Below, one piece after another: positions 30,394 through 45,589 of a DNA stretch of 64,000 bases. The position numbers and the translations under genes are program-made. The notes beneath the pieces are model-generated. The model searched no databases and was not told the origin of the DNA. It worked only from the letters and a program-made list of their open reading frames with translations. Origin of the DNA: the human T2T-CHM13v2.0 reference genome, Homo sapiens; the NCBI RefSeq assembly GCF_009914755.1, contig NC_060931.1. One strand, given 5' to 3'. The first letter of the stretch is position 1. The number at the start of each line of letters is the position of its first letter.

Positions 30394-31955
30394 GGGTTGG
30401 CATCTGCACATCCTTCCTGGGCATCTCGTGGGCACTGCTCGATTACCACCAGGCCTTGCACACCTGCCTCCCCTCCAAGCCCCTCCTGGGCCTGGGCTCC
30501 TCTGTGATCTACGTCCTGTGGAACCTGCTGCTACTGTGGCCCCGAGTCCTAGCTGTGGCCCTGTTCTCAGCCCTCTTCCCCAGTATGTAGCCCTGCATTT
30601 CCTGGGCCTGTGGCTGGTACTGCTGCTCTGGGTTTGGCTTCAAGGCACAGACTTCATGCTGGACCCCAGTTCCGAGTATCCTCTATTTCTCCTGGTTCAA
30701 CGTGGCTGAGGGCCACACCCGAGGCCGGGCCACCATCCACTTGGCTTTCCTCCTGAGTGACAGCATTCTCCTGGTGGCCACCTGGGTGACTTACAGCTCC
30801 TGGCTGCCCAGCAGGATTCCACTGCAGCTGTGGCTGCCTGTAGGAGGCGGATGCTTCTTTCTGGGCCTGGCTCTGTGGCTTGTGTGCTACTGCTGGCTGC
30901 ACCCTAGCTGATGCTGGGAGCCCAACCCTGACCAGGTGGACAGGACCCAGAGTCTACTTTCCTCAGAGGGGTATCAGCTGCCTCAGACCCAGTTAGCACA
31001 GAACTTTTTTCCCAAGGGTAAGGCTGAGGCTGCTTCGCCAGTGAAGGGAGAGGTGAACGGCGTCCTTTGAAGCAGGATCAGACCCAGCCAGCAGAGATGG
31101 AGAGTGACTGCTGGCAGAAGGCAGGCGAGGATAAGCTAACGATGCTGCTGTGGCCTCCATGCACTCAGCAAGAGTGGGATGCCTCTGCTGGGCCGTGCAC
31201 CAGGGATGGTGCTGAGTGGGGCAGAGGCCTGCCTTCAAGGAGTTCACAGTGAACAAGATGAGAAGGGCTGGGCCCTGCAGGGTCAAGAGCCCCAATTACG
31301 TACAAGACACTTTGGGAGGAAAGAAGACTACCTTTTCTTTTCCCCCTGCCATTGGTATAGCTGGTGCCCCAAAACTTTCACCTCCCTCCCTGGCCACCTC
31401 TAAAATGATTGGTATAGGGGCTTCCCCACCCCTTAGCTCCCCTATCCTGGGCTAGAAGGCCACAGGGACTGTCCTCTAGAATTCTTCCTCCCCTCCCCCA
31501 CACCATTCATTCAATTCGTGAAACAAATCTTCACCGAGAGCAGTTTATGTGCTAGGAACATCATTCTATCCTTGCAACCTGGAACAAGACCAGCTACCAC
31601 CTTAGCTTCATCCCCTACTTGCACCAACCAGTCCCGGGTTAGATCTCAAATGCCGGAAGTCAGGGATGCCCAACTCTGGGCAGCCCCAGTCAGAACCTCT
31701 GGGATCTCAGTGAAGCTGGCCTGGCCTCTGCTCTTGCTCTCAAGGGGCTGCTTTTCAACCAAGAGCCTTGTGAGCCTGGTCTGAGCCTTGCACAGCCACT
31801 GAGTATTTTTTATTCCTTAGCCAGTGTACCTCCTACCTCAGAGTCTATGTGAGAGGAAGAGAATGTGTGTCCCTGTGGGTCTCTGCAAGTGACAGATGTG
31901 TTGTTTTTAACAGTATTATTAGGTTATGATTAAAGCCTCATGAAATCCTCTAACC
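30394..31955 (+). pseudogene. XKR8 exon-3 homolog (terminal exon)
   Basis: TTGCAG acceptor; -1 shift giving TAG 30588-30590; ~26-nt deletion near 30677; TGA 30909-30911; coding homology ends TGA 31068-31070. Confidence 0.9.
31929..31934 (+). terminator. Polyadenylation signal ATTAAA
   Basis: Variant hexamer at the end of the XKR8-type 3'UTR; total unit length ~24 kb agrees with recalled RNF216P1 size. Confidence 0.65.
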
Positions 31956-34900
31956 TAGTCTGTGTCATCAAACAAAATCTACGGAGTTCAGAACCTGAAC
32001 TGGAAGAGGTCAGGGACATAAAATCTACCTCTCAAAATCAGTCAAGGTCCACGGAACAGAGAGGACTGGCTTAGGTGGGGCTTCTCAACCTTGTAAAGTT
32101 TCAGGAGCTGGTGAGCCAGCCTGGGGTTGACAGCTCAGCTGGAGGTCGGAATCCAGATTTGGGCTGACTTAGTGCATCCTCTTCACCACGAGCTCTGCTG
32201 CTGGGCCCAGCAGGAGTGGCCACAGACACATTTAGGGCCAGGAAGTGAATATAGGAGCCTGGTGAAGAAAGGTCTTTTTGCTGGGAGCTCTGAGAGGTTA
32301 AGTGATGAGGTGCCTTAGGAGATGCAGATGTGGTGGGTGATGGTGCTGGGGAAGTGGAACCTTTTGCTGTTCTAGGAGGTCTGTGGTTTGGACAAACAAG
32401 GGACAGAAAAGTCACTTGAGATAGAGAAGAAAAGGTTCCAGTCACCGCTGCGATGGCATCCAGGATAGTCTCAGCTCTGTTACTATTCTGGTGGAGACAC
32501 AAAAACCAGGATGAGTAAAACATTGAGTATATCAGACAGCGTTAAGCGCTAAAAGAGAAAGGGAAAGGGATAGGGAGAGAGAGTAGGTATTTGTGTGTTG
32601 GGGGTGGGAATTACAGCTTTGTATAGAATGGAACTAAAAAACTGCCCTTCAACTCCCTCCATTTCCTTGGCTGGCCTCTTCCCCCACATCTCCCTGTTGT
32701 TTGTCCACAGGGAGCTTTGATTCATTGAGAAGCCGGAACAGAGTGGGGAGAGCCATGAGGTGCAGCTAGTGGGAGCCTAGGGCGTCGGAGAAGGATGACC
32801 AGAGGGCTTGGGGGCAGGAGTGTCACCTATGAAGGGAATGGATCCTGGGGACAAGCTGCATTGTCGGCTCTGACTAGGTGGGGCGGGGCGGTGTAAACTG
32901 TTACTGTATGCATTATGCAGATGAAGGAACTGAGACTGGATCATGAGGGGGATTCAGTTCTGATCCTTGTCACTCTGAGGCTCGTGTCCTTTCTGTCCTA
33001 CCAAGCTTTGTCTCTGCTTCTCAAGGTGGTGATACATCTACTCATTCATAAAGTTCTTCAAGAGGGTGGTGGTTTTGAGTTGTAGTTTCAATGAAGAGGG
33101 GGAAAAAGAAGTAGAAACTAGGTTGTTTTTATGCTTTGGAATATTGATTGAAAGAATCAAAAGGACATAAGAGGTTAAGGCAGGAAAGGTGGAACAAGAG
33201 CTAAACAACAAAGCCTGGAAAATAGACTAATATCTTAAAAGGCTGATGGATTGAAAGAAAGATTCGGGTGAGGGGGGACAACTGAAGGTATGAATCATGG
33301 GTAAAGAGGAGGGTGTGGTGATCTTTGCCAAGCACCAGCACTGGCAGTGGCAGTATGTGGGGCAGGGTCTAGCGCTCATGTTCACGACATAGAGGAGGAC
33401 CTGGGCCTAGAGCCACTCAGTATACTGGTGGCAGAGCTGGGTTAAACTTTGGTCTCCTGGCCCCACCTTCCAGGGCTCTTTTCTCTATTTTGTGCACTTG
33501 GAGAAGGCAGTTAAAAGATCAAAGATGTGGAAAGCACATGTGAAAAGTTAAGAGGACACCCACATAGTAAGAAACTCAGGGCCAGGTGCAGTGGCTCACA
33601 CCTGTAAGTAATCCCAGCACTTTGGAGACCGAGGTGGGAGGATCAGTTGAGCCCAGGAGTTCAAGACTAGCCCTGGCAACATAGTGAGACCTCATTCTAC
33701 AAAAAATAAGAAAGAAAGAAGCCAGGCGTGGTGGTGTGAACCTATAGTCTCAGCTACTCAGGAGACTGAGGAGGGAGGATTGCTTGAGCCCAGGCTGCAG
33801 TGAGCTATGATCATGCCACTGTGTTCCAGCCTAGATGACAGAGTGAGACCCTGTCTCAAAAAAAAAAAAAAAAAAGAAAAAATCGAATTTAGGCTTACCA
33901 CTTGAGGTGGACTTGATACTCCTAAAAACTGAGGGGTAAAAAAGAGGTGCAGGTTGAGGTGCCAGGAACAAAGAATCCAAGACTGCAGCTTTGAGGCTTT
34001 CAAGGGAAGAGGGTCCATCATGACCAAGAAAAAATTTTCAGCACATGCTATGCATGTACCAGATGCAAGGAGTGCTACAAAAAGTCTGAAGATGGCGACC
34101 TCCAGGGAATTAAGTCACCCCAGCAGGAAGGCAGCCATTCCAAAGACATCCCAACACAGTGTGTAACAGCCACAGGCAGTTAAGCTAATCAGGAAAGTGA
34201 GCACCCAGAGAGAATGGAAGGAGAGAGGAAAAACTGAAGAAATGTGTAGAAAGACAAAAATAAGGTTTAACATTATGATTTTAGACAAGGCGGCATGAGG
34301 AAATGTAAATTTTTTTTAAAGTGGTTAGATAAAATATCCAAATAGAAATACGTCTTGTAAACCATGACAAAGCTTACAGCCTCTGAGTACAAAATGTCAC
34401 TTTTTTAAAAAACTTAAAATATTAAAAATGCTGGATGTGGTGAAGAATGCCTATAGTCCCAGCTGCCCAGGAGGCTGAGGCGGGAGGATCTCTTGAGCCC
34501 AGGCGTTGGAGGCTACAGTGAGCTATGGCACCACTGCACTCCAGCTTGGGTGACAGAGCAAGGCTGTCTCTAAATAAATAAATAAACATAATTACATTCA
34601 AATAAATTATTTTGAATTACATTCAAAAAATAAATTATTTTGAATTACATTCAAAAAATAAAAAAAATAAAAATAAAAAGTCCAAGCACTACAAAAAGGT
34701 TTAAAAGTCTTACTATCACTACCACCATCCATACTCTTCCCACTATTAACAATTTATTTGTGACTGCAGAAAAGCATGATTATATAGAAATTACTCATAA
34801 TTTATCGCATATATACGCAACACACACACTTTATGTGTACACATGGGTCGTACAGTACACATTCTGTGATGTGCCATTGCCTTGGTTACATAGTCATATA

Positions 34901-35075
34901 TCTCAGAGCTCAAACTACCTTTTCAAAATCTCTACGGAGTAGTGTGCTATATGGTATTACATCATTATTTAGTGAATTCACCATTGTTGGCCATTCAAGT
35001 TGTTTGAAGATTTTGCTGTTAGAGCTATAGAAATCAACATGCTTGGCATATTTTTTCTTGTGTAACCTAAGCTAA

Positions 35076-35561
<486 letters not shown>

Positions 35562-36295
35562 TAATTTTTTTTTTCATTGTGGCAAAACACACCTAAAAAT
35601 TACTATCCGAATCATTTGTTCAGTGTGCAGGTGAGTGGTTTTAAGTACATTCGTATTGTTGTGCAACCCTCACCACCAGCCATGTCCAGAACTCTTTTCC
35701 TCATCTCGGACTGAAACTGTATACCCATTCAACATGAACTCCCCACTCTCCCCACTGCCCTCCGTGTCCCTCCCGCTAGCAAACACCATTGTATTTTCTA
35801 TCTGTATGATTTTGACTACTATGGCTACTTCGTAGAAGCAGAATCATTTGTAACTTTTTGTGACTGGCTGATTTCACTTAGCATAATGTCCTCAAGGTTC
35901 ATGCATGTTACAGCATGTATCAGAAATTCCTTCCTTTTAAGGCTGAATAATATTATATTCACTGTATGGAGGTATGTATTTTAAATTTGCAGACAGATAT
36001 TCTGAAAATATCCTTCTAAAAGGTGATAACCTTCACTCCCACCACAGCAAGTAGGTCCAACCGCCCTTCCCCCACCCTCACCAATCCTGCCTACTATCCA
36101 GCCTCTTCATGTTGCCAGTTTACTCCATGGAAGAGGAATCTGGTTATTGTTCTCCTTTGCATATATAAGTAAGACTGGTCACCGTTTCACAGATTTATTG
36201 GCGACTTTTTTTTTTTTTTGTTCCACCTGTTATCTTTACCCACTGTTTTCTTTGGGGCTGTCTTTTTCTTAGTAATTTGTATGCGTTCTTAATAA

Positions 36296-36866
<571 letters not shown>

Positions 36867-38741
36867 TAACCCCAGCACTTGGGAGGTGGAGGTAGGTGGG
36901 TCACTTGAAGCCGGGAGCTGGAGACCAGCCTGGGCAATATAGTGAGACCCCATCTCTAAAAAAATTAGCTGAGTGTGGTGGTGTGTACCTGTAGTCTCGG
37001 CTACTCGGGAAGCTGAGGAGGGAGGATCACTTGAGCCCAAGAGTTAGAGGTTAAGTGAGCTATGATTGTACCACTGTACTCCAGTCTGAGTGACAGAGTA
37101 AGACCCTGTCTCTTAATAAAAAATTATTTTGAAGCAGATCCCAGACATCATTTCATCCACAAGTATTTTCAGTGTTTATCTCTAAAGACAAAATTTTTTA
37201 AAAATGTAACTATGAAACTATAATCATATGTATATGGTTTTTAAATATAAAACTTTATTTCTAAGCAAACATCAATTATTTTCTATATGGTTTCTGAGTT
37301 TTATGCCATGCTTACAAAGTCTTCATAACAATATTATAAATAAATTCACCCTTGTTTTCTTCTAGCATTTATTTTACTCAAAAACCACTCATTAAATTCA
37401 AAATTATTGTCCAGTGCATGCAAAGTTCTTAAGTCCTGGAAAGAGACAGAGTCACAGGGTACTCAGAGCCAAGAGAGTTAATTTTCCTGCCCCCTTTCTC
37501 ACCTGCAAAACATCTACTGCCATGAAACACCTTTTCAGACCCTGTCCTCCTCTTCCTTCTGCAGACAACCTTCCCGACCTCACTATGTGGGTCAGAGCCT
37601 CCTATGGACTCCTTCGCCTCTGGCTTTCTTTTTTTTTTTTTTTTTTTTTTTTAGTAAGAGTGTTATTAAAACATTATTCACATATAAAATGTACCCTTTT
37701 AAAGTATGCAATTCAGTGATTTCAGTATATTCACAGTTGTACAATCTTTGCCATTATCTAATTTTATATTTTTTTCATCACCCTCAAAAGAAACCTTCCA
37801 CCCATTAAGTGATCATTTCCCATTTTCATGTCCCCCAAGTCCCTGTCAACCACTAATCTTTGTCTCTATGGATTCCCAAGACATTTCATAGAAATAGAAT
37901 CAAAGTATGTGGCCTTTTGTGTCTGACTTCTTTATTGCTAGTACTTTTAGAGTTTCATTTTAACATTTTACATCATACTCTTTATGGAATTTACTTTGAT
38001 GAAAGAAGTAGAGTTATACAGCTTGACTCTTTTTTTCTCCCAGATAGTCCTGCCATAGTCTCAACACTGTTTTCTGAATAATTCATCTTTCCTCTGATGG
38101 ATCAGAAATGTCACCATTATCATCTACTAAATTCTCAGTTTATTTCTGGATTTCCTATTTTATTCCATTATCTATCTAAATCTTTGCTAGAATCAAACTC
38201 GGTTTTTTTTCACTTATTTACTTATTTTAGTGATGGAGTCTTACTATGTTGCTCAGGCTGGATTCAACCCATCCTCCTGCCTCAGCCTCCCAAGTAGCTG
38301 GGACTACAGGTGCGTGCCACCCCACCCAGCTTAAATGTTTTAATTCTGGTAACTTCAAAATATATTTAAATATTTAATCTAACTGCCTCCTCTCGCCTAA
38401 TATCTTTCTGTTGAGATTTTCTTCCTGGCTATTCTTTCTTGTTTATTTCTACAGATGAACCCAATATTATCTTGTAAAATGTTGAAAAGAAATTTTTAAA
38501 TGTTTTTATTTAACCTATCACACTGAGTTGATAGGTTAAATTTAGCAAGAATTAATACCCCTTAATAGAGATTTTATATTTTCTTTATATGGTCCTGCCT
38601 ATTTCTAGTTAAGTTTATTTTCAGATAAATTGATGATAGTATTGCTATTTAAATGGGATCTTTTCTTTCACTGTATTTTCTAACTAGCCATTTTGTACAG
38701 TAATTATACAAAAAGTAACTACTAAAATTGTCTTATAATTT

Positions 38742-39190
38742 CTGTTAGCTTTTCTGGCAAAACAAACCACCCAATACTTAGTGTCTTAAAATAAGAAACG
38801 TTATTTCTCAACTCTGTGGGCCAACTCGGTTTATTTCTGCAGAAACCTGGCACTTTAATTGGCCTTGATAGAGGAGAGTGGCTTCCCTCAGATGTCTGGT
38901 AGTTGGTCCTGTGTCAGCTGGAGCAACAGGGATGAAGAGGCTGTGTGTTTCTCATCATGCCGGGGCCAACCTAGGCCCATTCACAGAGCAGTGGCCTCAG
39001 TCTCTTAAAATGGTAAAAAAGGGCAAGTCCCAACACACAAACACTTTTCAGGCTTCTGCTTGCATCATGTTTGCTAATGTCCCATTGTTCTAAAGAAAGT
39101 CACATGGTTGAGCTCCTAGTGTGAAGAAATATACTTCATTTCTGAGAAGAGCTGCAAAAGATTGGAGCTGTTTTTGCAATCTCCCCCAGA
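38742..39190 (-). mobile_element. MLT1-type MaLR LTR
   Basis: AACAAACCACCCAATACTTAGTGTCTTAAAATAA and TTTGCTAATGTCCCATTG...AAGTCACATGG motifs. Confidence 0.65.
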
Positions 39191-39961
39191 CTCCTAACAT
39201 TTCTTTTTGGCCTATTTTCATCAGGTTTCTAGTTATTATTTGATACCATTTAAATTAATAAATCCTCCTTAACATAAGAGGTCATTTTAACTCTTAAATT
39301 ATTTTCTTAATTGTACTGGTTAGGATTTCCAAAACATTATTAAAGTATAATATCTTACTTTAAAAGGTTACTGATGGGCCTGTAATTCCAGAACTTTTGG
39401 AGGCTGAGGGAGGAGGATCACTGGAGGCCAGGAATTTGAGACCAGCCTGGGTGACATAGAGAGACTGCCCACTATTTCTACAAAAAATTTTAAAAATTAG
39501 CCCAGCGTGGTGGTGTGTGACTGTGGTCCCAGCTACTTGAGAGGTTGAGGTGGGAGGATCACTTAGCCTGAGAGGTCAGGGCTTCAATAAGCCAAGATGG
39601 TGCCTCTGCACTCCAGCCTGGGTGACAGAGTGAGACACTGACTCAAAAAAAGAAAGGAAAAAGTTACTGATGGTTATCTAATGGGTCGTGGGATTACAGG
39701 GCTTCCTTTTTATTGTTTTGCTTCTTGCTAGTCTCTACTTTTTCTACAGTGAATGTGTGTTACTTATATAATCAAATCGTTCGTTTGTTGGCACATCATC
39801 ACTTTGGGATGGCTCAGAGTGTTCCAGTTCCCCCCAAAGTGTAAACCACGGTAACCATCCTGGTTGTAACCAGAATCTTTGTTCTACGATTTGGAATTGG
39901 AGTCTCCTTATAATCTAAAGATTTTGTAGTTGTTAACGTATTAACATTTTTGATTTTATAG

Positions 39962-40336
<375 letters not shown>

Positions 40337-40598
40337 TTAACTTTTTAATTAAAATTTTTTATTAAAAAATATATACATCTGTGTAGCATAATATCTTCTT
40401 TCTTACTTTAATGGAGATTAAAGTATGATGCTGAACTTTTATAATGGCAAAAATAATCTAGCTATTTCTAAGATACTAAGACTCTGGTTTTTGTTTTGAT
40501 TTTGGTTTGTTTGTTAAATCAGGAATGAATGCTCAATTTTGCTAAATGGCATTTCAGTATCTACTGTGATGACTATACTTTTTCCTTCAATCTGTTAA

Positions 40599-40970
<372 letters not shown>

Positions 40971-41890
40971 TGAGGAGTTTTTTTGTTATTGCTGGTATAG
41001 AATAATTATGTCTCCATACATCTGACTATTCTGGACATTTCATAGAAATGGAATCATACTATATGTGACCTTTTGTGTCTAGCTTCTTTCAATAGTGTGT
41101 TTTCAAGGTTCCTCTATGCTGTATTATGTATCAGTACATCATTCCTTGTTATGGCCGAATAATTTCTCATTGTATGGACAGACCACATAGAAATGCTTCT
41201 ATGGCATCCACCAAGTTAGTGTTCGTATCATCTTCCTCCTTTATTTCACGTCTCTGGTGGATTACATTATAGATATTCTGGTGTTGGAAAACCCTTTCAT
41301 TCCTGAAATACACTTGACTTGGTTGTGATCATTATGCATTTGATAAATTGCTAGATTGGATTTGCTAGTATTGTATGTAGAACATTGGTATCTTTCTATA
41401 AATGAGCTTAGCCTGTATTTTATTTCTTGTGCTCTCCTCATTAGCTCTGGTATAGGGTGGTGTTAGCACAGTAACATGTGTATAAGGGAGGAAATATTTC
41501 TTCCTTAAAAGCCTGATAGACCCTAGCCATAGAGTCGTAGGATCTGGTCCCTTTTGGAAAGTAGGTCTCGCCTAGCATTTCAGTTTCCTCTCTAGTTATT
41601 GGTTTATCCAATCTTTCTACTTCTTCCTGGGTCAGTCTAATGTGCAGGCAGTAATGTGTACAAAACAGCTTGATGAGATATCACAAAACAACACCCAGGT
41701 CAAGAAATACAAAATTGCCAATATTCCAGGAATCTCACTGGTGATTCCTCCCAATCACTGCCTATTTCCTTTCCAAAGTAATTATTACCTTAACTTCAGT
41801 GATAATTATTTCCTTGCTTTTCTTTATAGTTTTATCTCATAACCATGGAACCCCAAACACAATAGTTGTTCTTTGCCTGTATTTAAATTT

Positions 41891-42237
41891 AAAAAATTTT
41901 AATTTTAGTTTTTGTAGGTACATAGTAGGTGTATATATTTATAGGGTACATGAGATGTCTTGATACAGGCATGCTACATTTAACAATCACATCATATAAA
42001 ATGGGGTGTCCATCCCCTCAAGCATTTATCCTTTGTGTTACAAACAACCCAGTTATACTCTTTTAGTTATTTTTAAATGTACAATTACATTATTATTGAC
42101 TATAATCACTCTGTCATGTTATCAAATACTAGGTCTTATTCATTCTATTTTTTTGTACCCATTAACCATGCCCACCACCCACAACCACCTCCACTACCCT
42201 TCCCAGCCTCTGGTAACCATCGTCCTACTCTCTATCG
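41891..42237 (-). mobile_element. 5'-truncated L1MA 3' end
   Basis: GTAGGTACATAGTAGGTGTATATATTTATAGGGTACATGAG terminus; degenerate flanking repeat CTG(T/C)ATTT(A/G)AATTT. Confidence 0.8.
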
Positions 42238-42314
42238 CTGCATTTGAATTTTATATAAATGAAGTTACACAATATTTATTCTTATGGACTGGCTTGTTCC
42301 ACTCAGCAACATGG

Positions 42315-43122
42315 TTTTCTCCCCCCATGTCCTGTTTTCAGTATTTTGCAGCAGAGTGCCCAACATAGAACATAATCGCAAATATTCCACTGTGCAAAAG
42401 AGTTGCTAGCACTTAAGCACAAACAGGAGACATGATTCTTTTATTTTTAATAAATACTTAAACACAACTCAGGTCCTACAAGTATCTGGACTGTAGGTCT
42501 GGGTAGTGGAGCTGACTCCCGCTTGGGCCCACAATGATGTCATCATTCCCCCCTTCATCTCAGTGATCAATACGTGGCATCAAGTGCCAATGGTCACACG
42601 TGATCACAATGAGCTCCTTTTCTAGAGCCTTCTGCAACCCTCTACAGACACCAACTGGCCAGGATAAAGACAATTACAATTTTTCGGTCAGTGATCTGTA
42701 ACAGTTAAGTATTTTAAGCCTGTCCATGGCGAAACCCCGTCTCTACAAAAAATACAAAAATTAGCCAGGCTGGTGGCACTCACCTGTAATCCTGGCTACT
42801 CGGGAGGCTGAGGTGGGAGGATCACTTGAGCCTGGGAATAGAAAAAGAGAGAGAGAGGGAGAAGCGGGGGAGAGAGAGAGAGAGAGAAAGAGAAGTATTC
42901 TTCATGAGTCTCTTGATTCTTTTACTGGGGAGACAGATGCATTTAGGTGATTTTCTTCAGCTCATCCTACAGGACCAGCAGGTCCCTGTTTCTGAGGACC
43001 ACACACCCTTGAAGAAAGCTTTGCCCCTTTCCTCTCTGAAGATGGTCCTCCAGCAATCGAGGGTGTCTGTGTACTTGAGTTCAGCCTCTTTGTGCCTGGA
43101 CTGCATCTGCATCCCATCCACC
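42315..43122 (-). pseudogene. Processed pseudogene fragment of ADP/ATP translocase, SLC25A6 (ANT3)-like: C-terminal coding part and 3'UTR
   Basis: Minus strand reads [39 protein letters not shown]...(shift) LLVL*DELKKIT* (stop 42943-42945); UTR blocks GAAGGCTCTAGAAAAGG, TATGTTCTATGTTGGGC, CTGCTGCAAAA match recalled SLC25A6 3'UTR; Alu piece inserted at ~42718-42890. Confidence 0.85.
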
Positions 43123-43651
43123 TAGGCAGGCAGATCATCTGAGGCCAGGAGTTCGAAACCAGCCTGGTCAACATGGTGAAACCCTGTCTCTACTAAAAAT
43201 ACAAAAATCAGCCGGGAATGGCCACACATGCCTATAATCCCAGCTACTCAGGAGGTTAAGGCAGGAGAATCACTTGAACCCCGGATGGAGGTTGCAGTGA
43301 GCTGAGATAGCACCACTGCATTCCAGCCTGGGTGATAAGCAAGACTCCATCTCAGAAAAAAAAAAAAAAAAAAAAAAAAGAGTGTTATGTGTCGCTGTTG
43401 TTACTCTTTGCTCAATATTTTTTTTGAGCATACCACTTTGTTTATTCATTCTTAAATTGACAGACTTTAAGCCAGTTTCTAGTTTGAGATAATTAAAAAT
43501 CGAGCTGCTATGAACATTCATGTATATGTCTCTTAGAGAACATGTGTACCTATTTCTGTTGGGTATATTCCTATGAATGGGGTTGTTGAATTGTAAGTTA
43601 TATGTAACTTCAAGTTTGGTAATTACGATAAAAATTTTTTCCAAAGTGTAC

Positions 43652-44530
43652 CACTGGTATAAAAATAGACAGACCAGTGGAACAGAATAAAGAGCGCGGA
43701 AATAAAGCCAAATACTACAGCCAACAGATCATCGACAAGGTAAACAAAAACTTAAAGTGGGGAAAGGACACCCTATTCAACAAATGCTGCTGGGATAATT
43801 GGCAAGCCACACGTAGAAGAATAAAACTGGATCCTCATCTCTCACCTTATACGAAAATCAACTCAAGATGGATCAGACACTTAAATCTAAGACCTGAAAG
43901 CATAAAAATTCTAGAAGATAACATCGGAGAAACCCTTCTAAACTTTGGCCTAGGCAAGATTTCATGACCAAGAACTCAAAAGCAAATGCAACAAAAAGAT
44001 AAGTAGATGAGAGTTAATTAAACTAAAAAGCTTCTGCACAGCAAAAGAAATAATCAGCAGAGTTAACAGACAACCCACAGAGTGGGAGAAAAATCTTCAC
44101 AATCTATACGTCCAACAAAGGATTAATATCCAGAATCTATAAAGAACTCAAACAAATTAGCAAGAACAAAACAAGCAATTCTATCAAAAAGTGGGCTAAG
44201 TACATGAATAGACAGTTCTCAAAAGATGATATACAAATGGCCAACAAGCATATGGAAAAATGCTTAACATCACTAATGATCAGGGAAATGCAAATCAAAA
44301 CCACAATGCGATACCACCTTACTCCTGCAAGAATGGCCATAATCAGAAATAAAAAAATAATAGTTGTTGGTGTGGATGTGTTGAAAAGGGAACACTTTCA
44401 CACTGTTAGTGGGAATGTAAACTAGTACAACCACTGTGGAAAACGGTATGTGGATTCCTTAAAGAACTAAAAATAGATCTACCGTTTGATCCAGCAATCC
44501 CACTACTAGGTATCTACCCAGAGGAAAACA
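43652..44530 (+). mobile_element. L1PB-type ORF2 3' fragment
   Basis: ORF2-like peptides [29 protein letters not shown] and [15 protein letters not shown]; GATCTACCGTTTGATCCAGCAATCCCACT. Confidence 0.88.
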
Positions 44531-45589
44531 AGTTCACTCTTGGTCCTTTACATTCCGTGGGGAGAAGCAGTAGAAAATTACCGGGTTATTCACCCCGAGT
44601 CTAAGCAGCTGAATAGGAAAATAGCTTTAATAGCCCTGTTAGGACCTAGGCCAAGGACTTTTCCTTTGGGCTTGTTGTGAATGATTACAGGTTAACGGTG
44701 GCATTTTTCTTTCAGCTGAGGGGAGGCAACCACCTCAGTAATGATCCTAATTGGATCCAACTGGGGAACTCCAGAAAGTTTCAGTAACAAATTTGCAACG
44801 GTTCTGGGCCTTTTAATGTGGATTCACAAAAGATAATGAGGCTATCCTGTCATTTCTACCCTATGGAAGAGGAAACTGACATTCAGACAGTCCATGGGAT
44901 CTACCCACTCCGTCATAAAGAACCGAAGGACCAACATTCGCGACAGGACCTCCCGTTTGGCATTTCGTTTTCAGATGTGCCTAGAAGAAGGAGACAACTG
45001 CCTCTTGGACTGTTGAAACCTGGTTCTGCTTGAATTGTCAAGATATCACCTAAATCCTATCCATATTTTGTGCAGCAGGTTTGTGGACGCCTACCACCAT
45101 TCATTCATTGCAGTGGCTCAGAGAAGATGAAAAGAGGACTCTGTGGCCAATGAAGATCCTCGACAGAGCTCACATGACCAGAGTGGACTGGCTTCTACCC
45201 TAAATACACATCACGATATTTCTCACTCTGACCTTGCTCCACTTTATACAACACCACACAGCTCGAGAGTGGCTGAGCTGCCGTGGGAACCCGAATGCCA
45301 TCTGACTCCAAAGCCTTACTCTCAACCACCACTCTGATGCCTCCTATTCTTTCCTGAAATCTTCAGTATAGTCATTATTATGGAGTAAAAAAAGAAAAAG
45401 GAAGGAAGGAAGGTAGAGGGAGCCCCTCTATCTCCATTCTTTGTTTCCATGAAGAACCTCCAGTCCATTTTCGGGGGCGTGCTGTTGGTGTAACATACTT
45501 TCTGGCCCTCTCTCTCCCATTCCTGTCACTCATTGTCCCCCAGGAAGAAGCCATATGTGGATGATAAGACTGGAAGAAGCCACTCTTAA

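Larger units (their letters stand above)
27404..31955 (+). pseudogene. Unprocessed XKR8 (caspase-activated scramblase) pseudogene fragment: exon 2, intron 2, exon 3 and 3'UTR; exon 1 absent
   Basis: Peptides [18 protein letters not shown]...[17 protein letters not shown] and [18 protein letters not shown]...WLHPS recognised as XKR8; intron retained; indels and stops. Confidence 0.92.

Noticed and set aside
29834-30709. 291-aa ORF
   Set aside because: Mostly intron and off-frame exon sequence; only a short frameshifted stretch is XKR8-like
27404-31070. Functional XKR8 gene
   Set aside because: No exon 1, frameshifts and two premature stops
43652-44530. Active L1
   Set aside because: Under 1 kb, truncated at both ends, frameshifted
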